A DNA stretch of 63,153 nucleotides, counting the filler, from Octopus bimaculoides (Eukaryota): assembly GCF_001194135.2 (NCBI RefSeq). It is 4 parts of 4 records of this genome, joined end to end, with 100 filler letters (N's around TTAATTAATTAA, not from the genome) between each part and the next. Parts side by side here need not be neighbours in the genome. Positions count along the whole stretch, not along the records: positions 1 to 28,738 come from NC_068988.1; positions 28,839 to 53,218 come from NC_068986.1; 2 more parts are not named here. The stretch is one strand, 5' to 3'. The notes beneath the pieces were generated by a model that was not told the origin of the DNA, made no database searches, and saw only the letters and a list, made by a program, of their open reading frames with translations. This document shows, in pieces, positions 28,131 through 42,910 of this stretch (position 1 is its first letter; every line of letters starts with the position of its first letter). The translations under genes and the position numbers were made by a program.

Positions 28131-28782
28131 TGACACGTAAGCCACACGTTTTGACTTTTGAAATTCACGCAAATTCATTCACTTTATCAACACTACTCCA
28201 TTTTCACAAGATTTTAATATAGAGACAAGACAAACCAGATGGAATGAAACATCCGCACGAAATTCAATTAAAGTCACGTATGCTTAAACCTCTCTATTGT
28301 CTGCTCTCTAGCAGCAGTCACTGCAATCCAGTGGTACGCATTGTAAGTTGAATGGCAGCTAAGTTAACTGCAGTTTGATTTCAGAGTGCTTTCTCATTGA
28401 CTTTTCCCTCCAAAGGTTATTTACAGGTCGACAGGTATATCAAAAAGTACATTTGCCAGGAGTGGATGGACTTTCACTTTCATGAGTTCTTGCGTTTTCT
28501 AAAGGGTCTTCTCTTTCTTCTCGAGGAGAGTCGAGATATCACTCGTCCTATCAAGCAAGCTTGGAGAGATTGCTGGTTTAATCACCGACTATGCCTCGGT
28601 GCAACACGTCTTACTGCATTATATGCAGCCGGAAGTACATAAGCATGATATTCTTTAACATTAACGTGCACATATAATACATATACACTCGTATACATCA
28701 AATCAGACATCAGCTACATATATATATATATATATATANNNNNNNNNNNNNNNNNNNNNNNNNNNNNNNNNNNNNNNNNNNN

Positions 28783-28794
28783 TTAATTAATTAA
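28783..28794. other. Artificial six-frame-stop spacer TTAATTAATTAA in a 100-bp gap
   Basis: 44 N + TTAATTAATTAA + 44 N; identical construct at 53263-53274 and 56011-56022. Confidence 0.9.
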
Positions 28795-28838
28795 NNNNNN
28801 NNNNNNNNNNNNNNNNNNNNNNNNNNNNNNNNNNNNNN

Positions 28839-28919
<81 letters not shown>

Positions 28920-29934
28920 ATGTGTGAAAGAAGGTGAGAGATGACGAGAAAGATAGAGACAGACAGAAAGACAGAGGAATAACAGAGAGACAAAAAGACA
29001 GCAGAAACGGGAAGTGAAAGGTACTTTGATTCGGTCAATCTTAACTTAGTCACTGTAAACTATTTGTAAAGTATACAACAATAAAATTATAAAGAGAATA
29101 CTGAGAAAGTAACTGTGTCAAGTGCTAAGGAATACAATGTACTTTTTCTAGCTGCATGGAATTAAGTTTGCCAAATAAAAGGCGTCTCTCAGAAAATCGA
29201 TTCTGTGACCCAGATTTAATAGCCATTGGCATCACCTTTATTTGTCAAATTTCCTGTTTTCCCATCACAAGGTATTACTAAAGTAAGTGCCAATTCATTT
29301 ATTTTACGATGTGCTATTTTTCTCATTTAAAGCCATTAGTTGGAACTACAATGGCGGTTTATATTCGAACGGTTTTCCATGCCTTAGTCCACAAAAAAAT
29401 TTTGAACTCAGACCTGAATTTGGTGAAGCAGTGAGATTAGCAGCTTCGTAAAGACATCGAGCAAAATGTTTCGCAGGCGTTTCTTCCTGGCCTTTACTTC
29501 CTGGTTTCAAATCCCACCCTGGTCGACTTTACTATTCTTCCCTTCTGGGTTAATAAAGTACGAATGAAGTACTTGGATTGGTGTAATCGACAAGTCACAT
29601 CCACTCAAAATTGCTGCAGGTGAATGTTATGGACTCGATCATTTATACGCCATGGAAACCAAGCAGCCTGGTTTAAAATAAACTTAATGCGTTCGGCAAC
29701 GGGCTTGTTGAACTACAGTTTGGTCACTGCAGTACAGCCTACCATATCTGATCTTCTAAGTAGTAATTGAAATTGCTAAACAAAGCAGCTAATTCTCCTT
29801 CTAACTACTCCTTAAGATATTACAAAATATGTTGGAGAGTGCAGAAATATGATAATAAAGGAGAGTCATGACTGGAATATTTGAAGCATGTTCTTGCTTT
29901 CTCAGAACTGATGTGAAGATATACAACAGCAACA

Positions 29935-30567
29935 ATAATAATCCTTTCTAATAAAAGCACAAGGCCGGAAATTTGGTGGGATTACATCGACCCCGGTGTT
30001 TCATTGATGCCTAATTTATCAACCTCGAAAGGATGAAAGGCAAAGTCGACCTCGGTCAAACACGCGAATGATTTTGCCAGCTCGCCGACTTCGGCAACAC
30101 CAATAATAATTTTTCCTACTTTAGGCACAAGGCCAGTCCTCCCCCAATTTGAACTCACAACGTAAAGACAGACGAAAACCTGCTTAGCTTTTCGCCCGGC
30201 GTGCTAACATTTCTGCCAGCTCACCGCCTTAATAATCTTTTCTTCTCTTGGCACATGGCCCGAAATTTTGGCGGGAAGGAGCCAGTCGATTAGCTCAAGC
30301 CAGTACGCAACTGGTACTTAATTTATCGACCCCGAAAGGATGAAAAGCAAAGTCCACCTCGGCGGAATTTGAACTCGCAACGTAAAGACAGGCGAAATAC
30401 TGCTAAGCATTTCGCCGAGCGTGCTAATGTTTCTTATTTCTTTGTTGCCCACAAGAGGCGAAACATGGAGGGGACAAACATAGGGATTAAGTCGATTACA
30501 TCGACCACAGTGCGTAACTGGTACTTAATTTATCGACCCCGAAAGGATGAAAGGCAAAGTCGACCTC
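29935..30567 (-). mobile_element. Cluster of about four SINE family B copies/fragments, truncated by a gap
   Basis: Repeated tttatcgaccccgaaaggatgaaaggcaaagtcgacctc and cgtgctaac..ttctgccagctc motifs. Confidence 0.9.
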
Positions 30568-31271
30568 NNNNNNNNNNNNNNNNNNNNNNNNNNNNNNNNN
30601 NNNNNNNNNNNNNNNNNNNNNNNNNNNNNNNNNNNNNNNNNNNNNNNNNNNNNNNNNNNNNNNNNNNNNNNNNNNNNNNNNNNNNNNNNNNNNNNNNNNN
30701 NNNNNNNNNNNNNNNNNNNNNNNNNNNNNNNNNNNNNNNNNNNNNNNNNNNNNNNNNNNNNNNNNNNNNNNNNNNNNNNNNNNNNNNNNNNNNNNNNNNN
30801 NNNNNNNNNNNNNNNNNNNNNNNNNNNNNNNNNNNNNNNNNNNNNNNNNNNNNNNNNNNNNNNNNNNNNNNNNNNNNNNNNNNNNNNNNNNNNNNNNNNN
30901 NNNNNNNNNNNNNNNNNNNNNNNNNNNNNNNNNNNNNNNNNNNNNNNNNNNNNNNNNNNNNNNNNNNNNNNNNNNNNNNNNNNNNNNNNNNNNNNNNNNN
31001 NNNNNNNNNNNNNNNNNNNNNNNNNNNNNNNNNNNNNNNNNNNNNNNNNNNNNNNNNNNNNNNNNNNNNNNNNNNNNNNNNNNNNNNNNNNNNNNNNNNN
31101 NNNNNNNNNNNNNNNNNNNNNNNNNNNNNNNNNNNNNNNNNNNNNNNNNNNNNNNNNNNNNNNNNNNNNNNNNNNNNNNNNNNNNNNNNNNNNNNNNNNN
31201 NNNNNNNNNNNNNNNNNNNNNNNNNNNNNNNNNNNNNNNNNNNNNNNNNNNNNNNNNNNNNNNNNNNNNNN

Positions 31272-31341
<70 letters not shown>

Positions 31342-33230
31342 CGGGTTATATTAGAAGAAAAAAACCTGAAGAGCTCTTATCACTTACAAAAGTGTACTAT
31401 ATGTGTCTGAGCTATAAAAATGCTCTCTTTTTCAAATATATTCATTTATTTTTATATTCTTATTTTTATATATTTATTTATTCATGTATTCATTTATTTA
31501 TTCATTGGTCTCGTTTTGTCTTCAGTAAGTTTCCTTAAGAATAACTTTTGTTAAATTCTTTTCTTTGCATTATAGTTTGACATCTATCTTTTAAAGTTCT
31601 GTTTTGTTACTACGTTCCTTTGTTATTTTATTTCAAGTTTTTTTTTCCTATTTGAAGTATTACAATTAGTAAAGAAAACTAAGCTATACCTTTATTTCTT
31701 TCATTTTGTTTCCTTTAATTGCACTGTATATATATATATATATAAGTAGATACAGATGTGTACGCTGGTGTTTATTTTTGTACATATGTGTGTCGTGTGT
31801 GTGAGTGTATTTGTATATATGTGGCATATGTATACGTATATGTGTGTGTGTGTATTGAAATTTAAAATACTTTATTTTTATTTTTCATTACTAATTCTGA
31901 ATTTATTTAACATCTGAGCTTCTTTGTAGATCTTTATGGTATTTTATTGTTCCGCTTCTAAATGACTATTTTCGTATGTATTAACATATATTTCAATGTG
32001 GCTGGCGCTAAATAGAAAACTAACTTCTCATAAACAAGCGGTAAACGGGCGCATTATTCTTTTTGTTTTGTTTTTTTCTTATTCTAAACTTTATTACATT
32101 GTAATCCAGACACAATTTGTATTTTAACACATTTCTTCTCTCTTTCTGTACTTCTTTTGTTTCTTACTCTGTTCTTTTCGTCTCCTTTTTAGTACACAAT
32201 TCAAAGAAGCTAATAAATACGAAATTAACAATGTTAAACAATAGAAGTCTTTAACTTATCTACATTTTTTCGTAGATAAAACATTCTAACTCGACATTAT
32301 AAAACCATCAAACAACTCATCAATTTCCTTTTCTTAGTCCTCCGTCCACTATTCATCTTGTTAATATATGCTGATTGGGGGAACAGACATTGCAGGTTCC
32401 TATCCAGTAACTGTTCAGACCAGTGAAACTCATTTCATTTTCATTGATCATGAGCATCCAGCACTACACTGCTATGTCTAAAGTACTGACAATTTCTAGT
32501 TCTTTCCTCTTTTTCTCCCAGTGGGGTTAGCCTCATATCAACTCTACCAAACCAGATAAGGATCAAAGCATTCCTATGACCATCACATATCACATTTCCA
32601 GGCAGTAGATCCAGGTCTACATTACGTTATATTTGCATGTTCTTCTTCCATTTTTTAACATTCCATTTGATGGGGTTTGACGAGAATCTAGTTGCAATGT
32701 ATAACAGATTCAGGTGGTTGGGTTACAGAGCTTGTTGTTGTAAACAACGTCAGAATGATGGAATCGGTGAATGCATCACATGAATCCAAAATTTCATTTG
32801 AAACGAATGACATTAAAAACATGTTAACATCTTCCATCATTAAATTACTATGCCTCAGGAGTATAGAAAGATTGGTTCTACACTGAAATAATTTCCTTGT
32901 GTCAGACCCTGATCTCTTGTTAGTACCAAAATGGTGTCGTCTTAATGTCTTCTTTATCTAAACGTAGAGCCCATCACTTCTAGGATCGGGGCGGGATTTA
33001 TTTCTTCGAGAAAGAAACATAACACACCTTTTACTGGACTAGTAAATGCAGTACTAAAAAAGTATTTTAGTCATAAATTCACCAATGAATGGCTGGATTA
33101 GAACACTGATAGTAGAGACATGCAACGAATATTGCTAAACATTCTATCTGTCTCTTTCACGACTCAACCAATTTCCCGACATTTATATCGTTCGAGATTC
33201 TGAGTGGTTCTGACAGAGTGGTTAAAAAAA

Positions 33231-33459
33231 AGTTAAAGTTCCTTCCTCGAGGCATACCGACTCGTAAGGACTGGTTTCCATGGCGCATATATTCCCCACC
33301 TAGACGGGCTACCGGTCTGTTGCAGGATTACTCATTCTTGCTAGGTGACTGGAATGAAGTGTTTTGCTCAATAACACAAGCTTGTTGCTCGATCCAGGAA
33401 TCGGAAGCACACAATCGTACGATCATGAGCCAACAGCCTAACCACTAAGACACGCGCCT
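33231..33459 (-). mobile_element. tRNA-derived SINE family C
   Basis: Minus: ggcgcgtgtcttagtggttagg (A-box-like)...tgtgttattgagcaaaacactt (CORE-like)...cctgcaacagaccggtagcccgtctagg; homologous to 49885-50135. Confidence 0.6.
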
Positions 33460-34147
33460 ACAATTGACAGAGTTGGTCTAACATCAAAGGCGTTTCAACT
33501 ATTGCATCATACTGATACTTTTCTATCCATTATTTTTTATCAAATTTTGCACGTCAATGTGATATTCGAGGGAGATTTATCTGCTGCGTTTTGCAGGAAT
33601 ATTATATGTATTGATATCAGGTAACAGGGTGAATATATTCGTATTATTATAGCTAATGTATACTTAAGTAAATCGCAATACATCAACTCGATGAATTTAA
33701 TGCATTTCTTTGAGAAATCAATATAATCTTGTAAAATATGTTTGATATCAAACTCCACATTCCAGAAATGAGGAATTATTGAATATTTTTACATTGCTTT
33801 CTACCGTTTAAGTATTCAGAAAATATTCTCCTCTACTTGCAACCGCTTGGTGAAAGGAAACAGAGTCTAATGTCATGTTTTTGTCCAGTTTATCTGATTT
33901 AACGATAATACTTGAACACCAGTCAGTTACAGAGTAAATTTTTGACCATTAAGATAAACACCAGCATCATCAGTATATCAAAGATATTTAAAACTATACA
34001 CGCTTTAAGTATTGCAAATGAACAAGCATGTTAATACTGAACGGACACTCCAGATATCCCCAGTTCATAAGCTGCTATTTGTTTTGTTGGAAAGGATACA
34101 TAGCTAACATAGCTTTCAAAAGTCCAGTTCAACTGACTATAAATATA

Positions 34148-35290
34148 TTGGGTCATCCCATAATTGATGCGGTTTTTTCGATTGCTTGAACTAAAAGTTG
34201 GAGGGGGACGAGATATACTATCTCCATCAACTTTCTAAAAAACCAGGTAGTAATTTTACTTTTTTATTATTATTAGTGCAAGTTTTGAAGAGCGTAGTTC
34301 GATTTTAACAGTTATTATTTCAAAGCTATAATGGAAGTTACAAAGGAGCATATTAGGCATATATTGCGTTATGAGTTCAATAAAGGCAACAACGCAACGG
34401 AAAGTGCGAGGAATATTAATGCAGTATATGGCGAACGGCCAATAAGCGTAAGCCAGTTTCAACAGTGGTTCCAGAAATTTTGAGCCGGCACCTACGGCCT
34501 AGAAGACGAGCCACGTCCTGGAAGATCTATAGAGCTCGACGAGGATGTTCTCCACAACCTGGTGGAACAAAATTACATTGTGACTGTTGAGGAACCAGCA
34601 TAGAAGCTTGGATTTGGTCGTTCAACCATTCATCGACACCTCTGTGCCAACGGAAAAGCCAGAAAATTGGGTCAATGGGTTCCTCACAAACGTTCCTAGT
34701 CTAATCGGGTGCAGAGAATGAGTGTATGCTCCTTTGCTGTCACATCTCACAAATGAACATTTTTTGGACCGAATAGTTACTGGTGACGAGAAATGGGTTC
34801 TCTATAAAAAATGTCAAGCGTCGAAGACAGTAGGTAGGGAAAGGAGAAAGGGTACCTCAAGCTAAAGAAGGTATTTACCCACGTAAAGTGTTGTTATCTG
34901 TTTGGTGGGATATGAAAGGTTTAGTGCACTTTGAACACATAAACCCAAATCAAACGATAAGAAAGATCTACTGCAACTAGCTTGACCTGAGCAGCTTAAG
35001 TCAGCACTAGAAGAGAAACGACCATCTTCGGTTTCAAGATGAAAGGTGTTCTTCCATCAGGATAATGCTCGGCAGTTGGAATGGGAAACGATGTCCCACT
35101 CATCGTATTCGCCAGATATTGCCCCATCTGATTAGCATTTATTCGGCAGTCTTCAGAATCATTTGGACGGAAAAATATGAATTCTGTAGACGAGGTCAAA
35201 ACAATACTGAAGGAGTATTTTTTGTTACAGACAAGTGAATTTTGGAAGAAGGGTCTTGAAACACTACCAGATCGATGAAGGAGCGTTATC
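34148..35290 (+). mobile_element. Mariner transposon relic (5' TIR plus degenerate transposase 34331-35278; 3' end missing)
   Basis: TA|ttgggtcatcccataattgatgcggtttttt TIR-like start; MEVTKEHIRHIL.YEFNKG...EDEPRPGR...GQWVPH...VTGDEKW...HQDNAR...YSPDIAPSD; stops, frameshifts and a deletion between the second and third D. Confidence 0.92.
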
Positions 35291-35707
35291 TTCACTCCTA
35301 CTCTCCTGTCTTCTCTTCACTCCTATCCGCCGTCTTTCTTTCCCCCTTCATCGTCACCCCTCCCTCGTAACCCCACCCCACTCCTACACAATCCAACACC
35401 ACCTTCCCTATCCATTCCATCCCATACATACTCTTTTATACATACACACGCGCACCTTCATTTTGGGATCAACACTACTTTACTATTTTTACCCTGTATT
35501 ATTATTGAAAATATAATTCACTCCCTGATAATAAACTGCAGTTTCTGCGGGATTACTCGTAACACACGTGGGTAATTGGGGGTAGAATGCAAGTTCTCAC
35601 TCGTCTGTATAAATTCGGAAGTGCTGGGTTTTGTATATTAGCTATTCGATGTCGCTTGGTCGAATACGTATTTAATTAATACTACTCTCAAATTTACAAT
35701 TGAAATA

Positions 35708-35779
35708 CTACACTGAAGACGGAAATAAATGAGTAAAAATAAAATTTTACGTCTCTTTAATCTAGAAACGCGTAAGTAG
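35708..35779 (+). ncRNA. Degenerate minimal type I hammerhead-ribozyme-like motif (tentative)
   Basis: ctaca-CTGAAGA (35713-35719) ... GAAA (35765-35768) CGCG TA-agtag; palindromic stem III ACGCGT; stem I 4 bp plus a mismatch; stem II does not close properly. Confidence 0.35.
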
Positions 35780-36583
35780 CTGATCAAAGCCGGGCGGATT
35801 CGTTATTTTTTCTATTTACCTACGTGAATTGAGAGTATTGCTGTCGGGGAGATATCTTATCGTAGAGGAGTAGTATCTGCTATTTCTATGTGGTGAAGCA
35901 ATTTGCTGAACCCTAATTATAATTATGGAATTTTTGTATAAGGTTACCGGTGAAGGTTATTTTAACATACCGAACTACTTGGTAAAATGATCAATTATTA
36001 ATTAATTAATTAATTAATGTTATCCTTTATTATTATTGAATATACATATTGATAAAAACAATTTAAGATTAAATTTGTGAATTATTCAATACATTTCGTT
36101 GAGGACAAATTTAGTATTCTTTAACAAGAATATTATTAGACAGCGGCTCCGATTTTTCGACCTGGTAAGCCATTATCAGACTGTCCAGTACACACATACA
36201 CACAGACAGACACAAACACACACACACACACATATACATACATACATACGTCCATATATAAATATATGTAATAAATCGTCATATGCACGATAGACAGCAA
36301 GTATCAAACTGGTGACTAGCATATTTATTCTTGAAAAGGAATTAATGCGTTCAGGCGAATTTGAACGTGAACGTGAATGTGTAAATCGTTGGCGTATGTC
36401 GTCACACGAGAACAGCTTCTCTTATGCGGCGAATGTATGCTATTTGTTGTACTAATGAATTGTGTATATTATGAAAGCATGATCCTCGTAAAGGTGAAAC
36501 TGAGCCGAAATATAAGATCGATTAGCATATTGATGTTCGAATTTACCGGAACATATTAACAATATACAAGTTCTTGTGTGTAT

Positions 36584-36607
36584 AGATAGATAGACAGAGA
36601 GAAAGAC

Positions 36608-36682
<75 letters not shown>
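36584..36682. repeat. (GATA)n microsatellite
   Basis: Direct reading. Confidence 0.95.
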
Positions 36683-36683
<1 letters not shown>

Positions 36684-37116
36684 GAACCTTATTGACATAA
36701 CTAACTTCCTAATGGTAACTGTGGTGTTCACTGAAATATTCTTGAATTGGACACCGAGGACACGGCGAGTATCCAAGGGTAGAAGACGAACCACTGACAC
36801 GTAGAGTTGGTTGGTGATTAAACACACAAATAAGACGCCTCGATCATCAAGCAAACTCCACCACTAACCATGATACCACTGTCAACAACACAAGATATTG
36901 ATATGAGGCCATATTACTGCATCTTAATGAGCTGTACTAATATCAGTAATATATGCAAATTGAATTCAAACCTACTGTTTTAATTGCAAATCGATTTTTA
37001 TTTCTTCACAGAGATCACCATTTGGCAATCTTTTCTGATCAATACACGTAGCATTTTTTTTTTTTTTTTTTACAAAATCTTCGAAAAATTTTAATTTATT
37101 AATTTTTTTGTTCACA

Positions 37117-37119
<3 letters not shown>

Positions 37120-37180
<61 letters not shown>

Positions 37181-37409
37181 TTCATCATTCTTCCTCTTAT
37201 TGTTGTTGGTGTTGTGGTGGTTGCTGATGCTGCTGCTGTCGCTGTTATTACTATTAGCATTAACATTATTATTATAATTATTATTTTTATTATCACTACT
37301 GTTAATATCATTATTAATAATAATATTAGCATTACTGTTATTTTTTCTATTAACGTTATTATTATCACCATTATTATTATTATTATTGTAATTGTTGTTT
37401 TTCTTCTTC

Positions 37410-37455
<46 letters not shown>

Positions 37456-37680
37456 GATTATTAATATTATTATGATTATTATTATTATTATTATCATCAT
37501 TATTATTGTTATTATTATTGTTGTTGTTGTTATTATTATCATTATTATTGTTGTTGTTGTTGTTGTTGTTCTTCTTCTTCTTCTTCTTCTTCTTCTTGTT
37601 CTTGTTATTATTATTATTGTTGTTGTTATTATTATTATTATTGTTATTATTATTATTATTATCATTATTATTATTATTAG
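37120..37680. repeat. Compound (ATT/GTT/CTT)n field
   Basis: Direct reading. Confidence 0.95.
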
Positions 37681-37924
37681 AGGAGGGTTAATATTCTGTA
37701 GTTTTTGTTTCCTTTTATGAGTTTTTCCAAGTTTTCGTTTCCCGTCTTCCGTTATTTCTGAGCCCTAACTTTTTATTCAATTTTCTTTTCTTCTTTTATC
37801 TTTGTTCTTCTTCATTTATTTATTTATTTTTTTTTATGTCTTTCTTTTTTTTCAGTATTTTGTTATTCTTCTTCGTTGAACATATTCTAACATTTCTTTC
37901 TTAGCGAAAGAAAATTTTACCGGT

Positions 37925-40155
<2,231 letters not shown>

Positions 40156-40204
40156 AGGCAGAATCGTTAGTATCACGGACAAAATGCTTAACATCATTTC
40201 AGGA

Positions 40205-40670
40205 TATACGACAAACGTAATAAAGAAGCGAAGCTTGCTTTTAGAAGCGTTGAGATGTCCTTTTTTATAGAAAGTTAAAGAAGTGATGTTTAAATTCTCA
40301 ATCGCTTCTAAAAGCAAGCTTCGCTTGTTTATTTACGTTTGTCGTAATTTGAATTTAACATATGAGAGCGTCTCATAAAGCGAGATTTATATATCTTAAT
40401 TTGCAGAGGAATTTGTAGTGGGTAGTTTAGCTTAATCGGTCAAAGCATCGTCACATGTAATGACGGGGATATGAGTTCGAGTCCACAGCTGGCCACCTAC
40501 ACTTTTCTCTGCAAAATAGGGATAGTTTATCCTGTTCAGGCTATATTATTAGCATTATTCTGCGATTGAGAATTTAAACATCACTTCTTTAACTTTCTAT
40601 AAAAAAAGACATCTCAACACTTCTAAAAGCAAGCTTCGCTTGTTTATTTACGTTTGTCGTAATTTGAATT
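40205..40670. mobile_element. Unclassified element: tRNA-like core with direct and inverted copies of its terminal segment
   Basis: 40208-40305 is the reverse complement of 40562-40660; 40305-40355 is a direct copy of 40620-40670; it interrupts a SINE B head (40157-40200). Confidence 0.7.
40421..40494 (+). pseudogene. tRNA-Thr(TGT)-like sequence (degenerate; SINE-head or pseudo-tRNA)
   Basis: D stem gctt/aagc; anticodon stem cgtca/tgacg with loop catgtaa (TGT at 40456-40458); T loop ttcgagt; acceptor ggtagtt/agctggc with one mismatch; A at position 33 and a defective T stem. Confidence 0.6.
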
Positions 40671-40684
40671 ATTATTATTATAAT

Positions 40685-41237
40685 TGAGTGAGAAAGCAGT
40701 GCATGCCATCAAAGTGACACTGGGGTAGAATATACGAAACCCATTATACCCATCATGACTACCCGTCTGATAAGGGTACACCAGACACATGCATCACAGC
40801 CATATGTGCGCGACATGGTAATCTCATATCGAGACAAACAGCGCATGACCTCGCAGGTGGGGCCCAGTTAGAATCTTCTCCAGGTAGAGTAGCATATCCC
40901 TCAAACGGTCCTTGAATGAGGGTTGTTTCAGGATATTCAATGAAACACCCATGTATCCAAAAGTAAATTATTCAAACCCCAAAAATTCCTCTCAACACAT
41001 GGCTCTGATGCTCCCCCATTACTTCTGCTCGTGATCAGTGATGCATATATCATCAGCTAACAAAGGACATGCTCAACTGGTTAAAGTCAGACAAGTGACA
41101 AGGAAATATATGGTATTGAAAAGAATATTTGCTATAGCCCATCTTTTATACGAAGACAGATCAATGAACATGATAACACTTCCAATGAGTTAAGATCAGA
41201 AGCCACGGGAGCCACTGCCTGGACTGAATCAGGGCAC
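40685..41237 (-). mobile_element. ~555-bp non-coding interspersed element in a (TAA)n array, copy 1
   Basis: tgagtgagaaagcagtgcatgccatcaaagtgacactgggg...aagatcagaagccacgggagccactgcctggactgaatcagggcac; (ATT)n on both sides; homologous to 45252, 45774 and 48071. Confidence 0.9.
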
Positions 41238-41252
41238 TTATTATTATTATTA

Positions 41253-41299
<47 letters not shown>

Positions 41300-42727
41300 G
41301 TTTTTTTGACAGCTTCTAACGCTTGAGATGTACTACGGGACCAGCTGTTCACTACCAGTGAACTAAGGTAACACCCATTATTTTTCGAGAACCTTCCGGG
41401 GTATTCGAGCGGTTCCAAGCAGTGCTGTTTTCTGAAAGTGCTCCACTCTTATTCTATCCTCTATTTGTTCCATGTACTTCTCAACGTTTTTACTCACAGT
41501 TCCAGTGCTCCGAAATTTATTGGTACTACTACTACCTTTTTCAGCGACCACAACTGCTTAACCTCTCAAGCTAGTCTGTCATGTCTATCCAGCATTCTTT
41601 GCTTTCTTTCTCAATGAACTCTATGTCTGGTTTCCTATTCTCTATATCATGGTTTCACTGAATCATAAAATCGCTTAGGATCTTTGCATTATCACTTTCG
41701 ATGATGCCTTCAGGTTTATGTTCGTACCACTTTCTTGCTCGGTCAAGTCCATACTTGTCGCAAAGTCTCCAATAGACAAGCCTTGCTATATTGTCATGAC
41801 GACTCTTATATTCCTCCTGGGCTAGTGGCGTACAGTGACTGGTAATATAGCATACGGTTTTAATATTTTGTCAACAAATTCTGCACTTATCACTTTCTGA
41901 CGTATTGTCTGTTTTGTATTTGATGTAATTGGTCCTTAATGCTTGCTCCTGGGCATCACAGATTACAGCCTCTGTTTCCGATTTAAAATCCCTTTTTGTC
42001 ATCCATAGACATCTTCTTTCCCTATGAAATTGTCCATGCATTCTTTTCTTTATCCACCTATTTTCAGTATCATTCATTCTCAAGTGCTTGTACAGTCCTT
42101 TATCTTTGCAATCTTCCATCCTACATAAGCCTGACCTTCTTCCAATAATACTAGCTCTGTGGCATTTTTTACATACCATACTATGTTGTTTTCTTCTGCT
42201 CTAATGCTGTGTTCGCATCTACTCAGTCCTCTTCCCTTTTTTTTCTTGATATATAGAGTCTGGCTGTGTCACTTTTTGGTTGGAGTGTCCCATATCTAGT
42301 AAGTAACTTCCTTGCCGTTCTGTCTAAGTTGTTTAGTCCATCTACTGTCCATGTGATTATCCCTGCTCCATATCTAAGTACCGAAACCATAGCTTCAATC
42401 TTACTCCGTACGTTTAATTTCGACATAAGGATCAGGCTCACTCAGAGCAAGTAATCCACCTTAAATGTTTCTGTCATTTATTTCTCCATCAATTTATTCA
42501 TTTCCAGTATCCCCAAGTACTTATAGCCCGTCTCTTCTATCTGCTTCATAACCTCTCTCTACGGTATCGATAGCCCGTGCATACATTTGATTTTGCCTCT
42601 CTTCAAGACTAACACACTACACTTTTTCAGTCCGAACTTCATTCTCATTTCAGCACTGAAAGTATATACTGTATCAACGAGGGAACTGACTTGGGATTCA
42701 TCTTTACCATAAAGTTTGAGGTCATTC
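41300..42727 (-). mobile_element. 5'-truncated R4/Dong-clade non-LTR retrotransposon (RT C-terminal half, CCHC, REL endonuclease) in (TAA)n
   Basis: DLKLYGKDE...KFGLKKC...YKYLGILE...VLRYGAGII.WT...LDRTARKLLT...SDTARLY...HGQFHR...KSETEA...AQEQALRTN...KCRIC...RHDNIARLVYW.LC.KYGL...WYEHKPEG...RKPDI...LW..KKV.VVPI..GALG...QKTALLGTARI.RKVLEK*; many stops; ~90-nt 3' UTR then (AAT)n. Confidence 0.9.

Positions 42728-42910
<183 letters not shown>

Noticed and set aside
40421-40494. Functional tRNA-Thr gene
   Set aside because: A instead of U at position 33, a broken T stem and an acceptor mismatch; embedded in a repeat.
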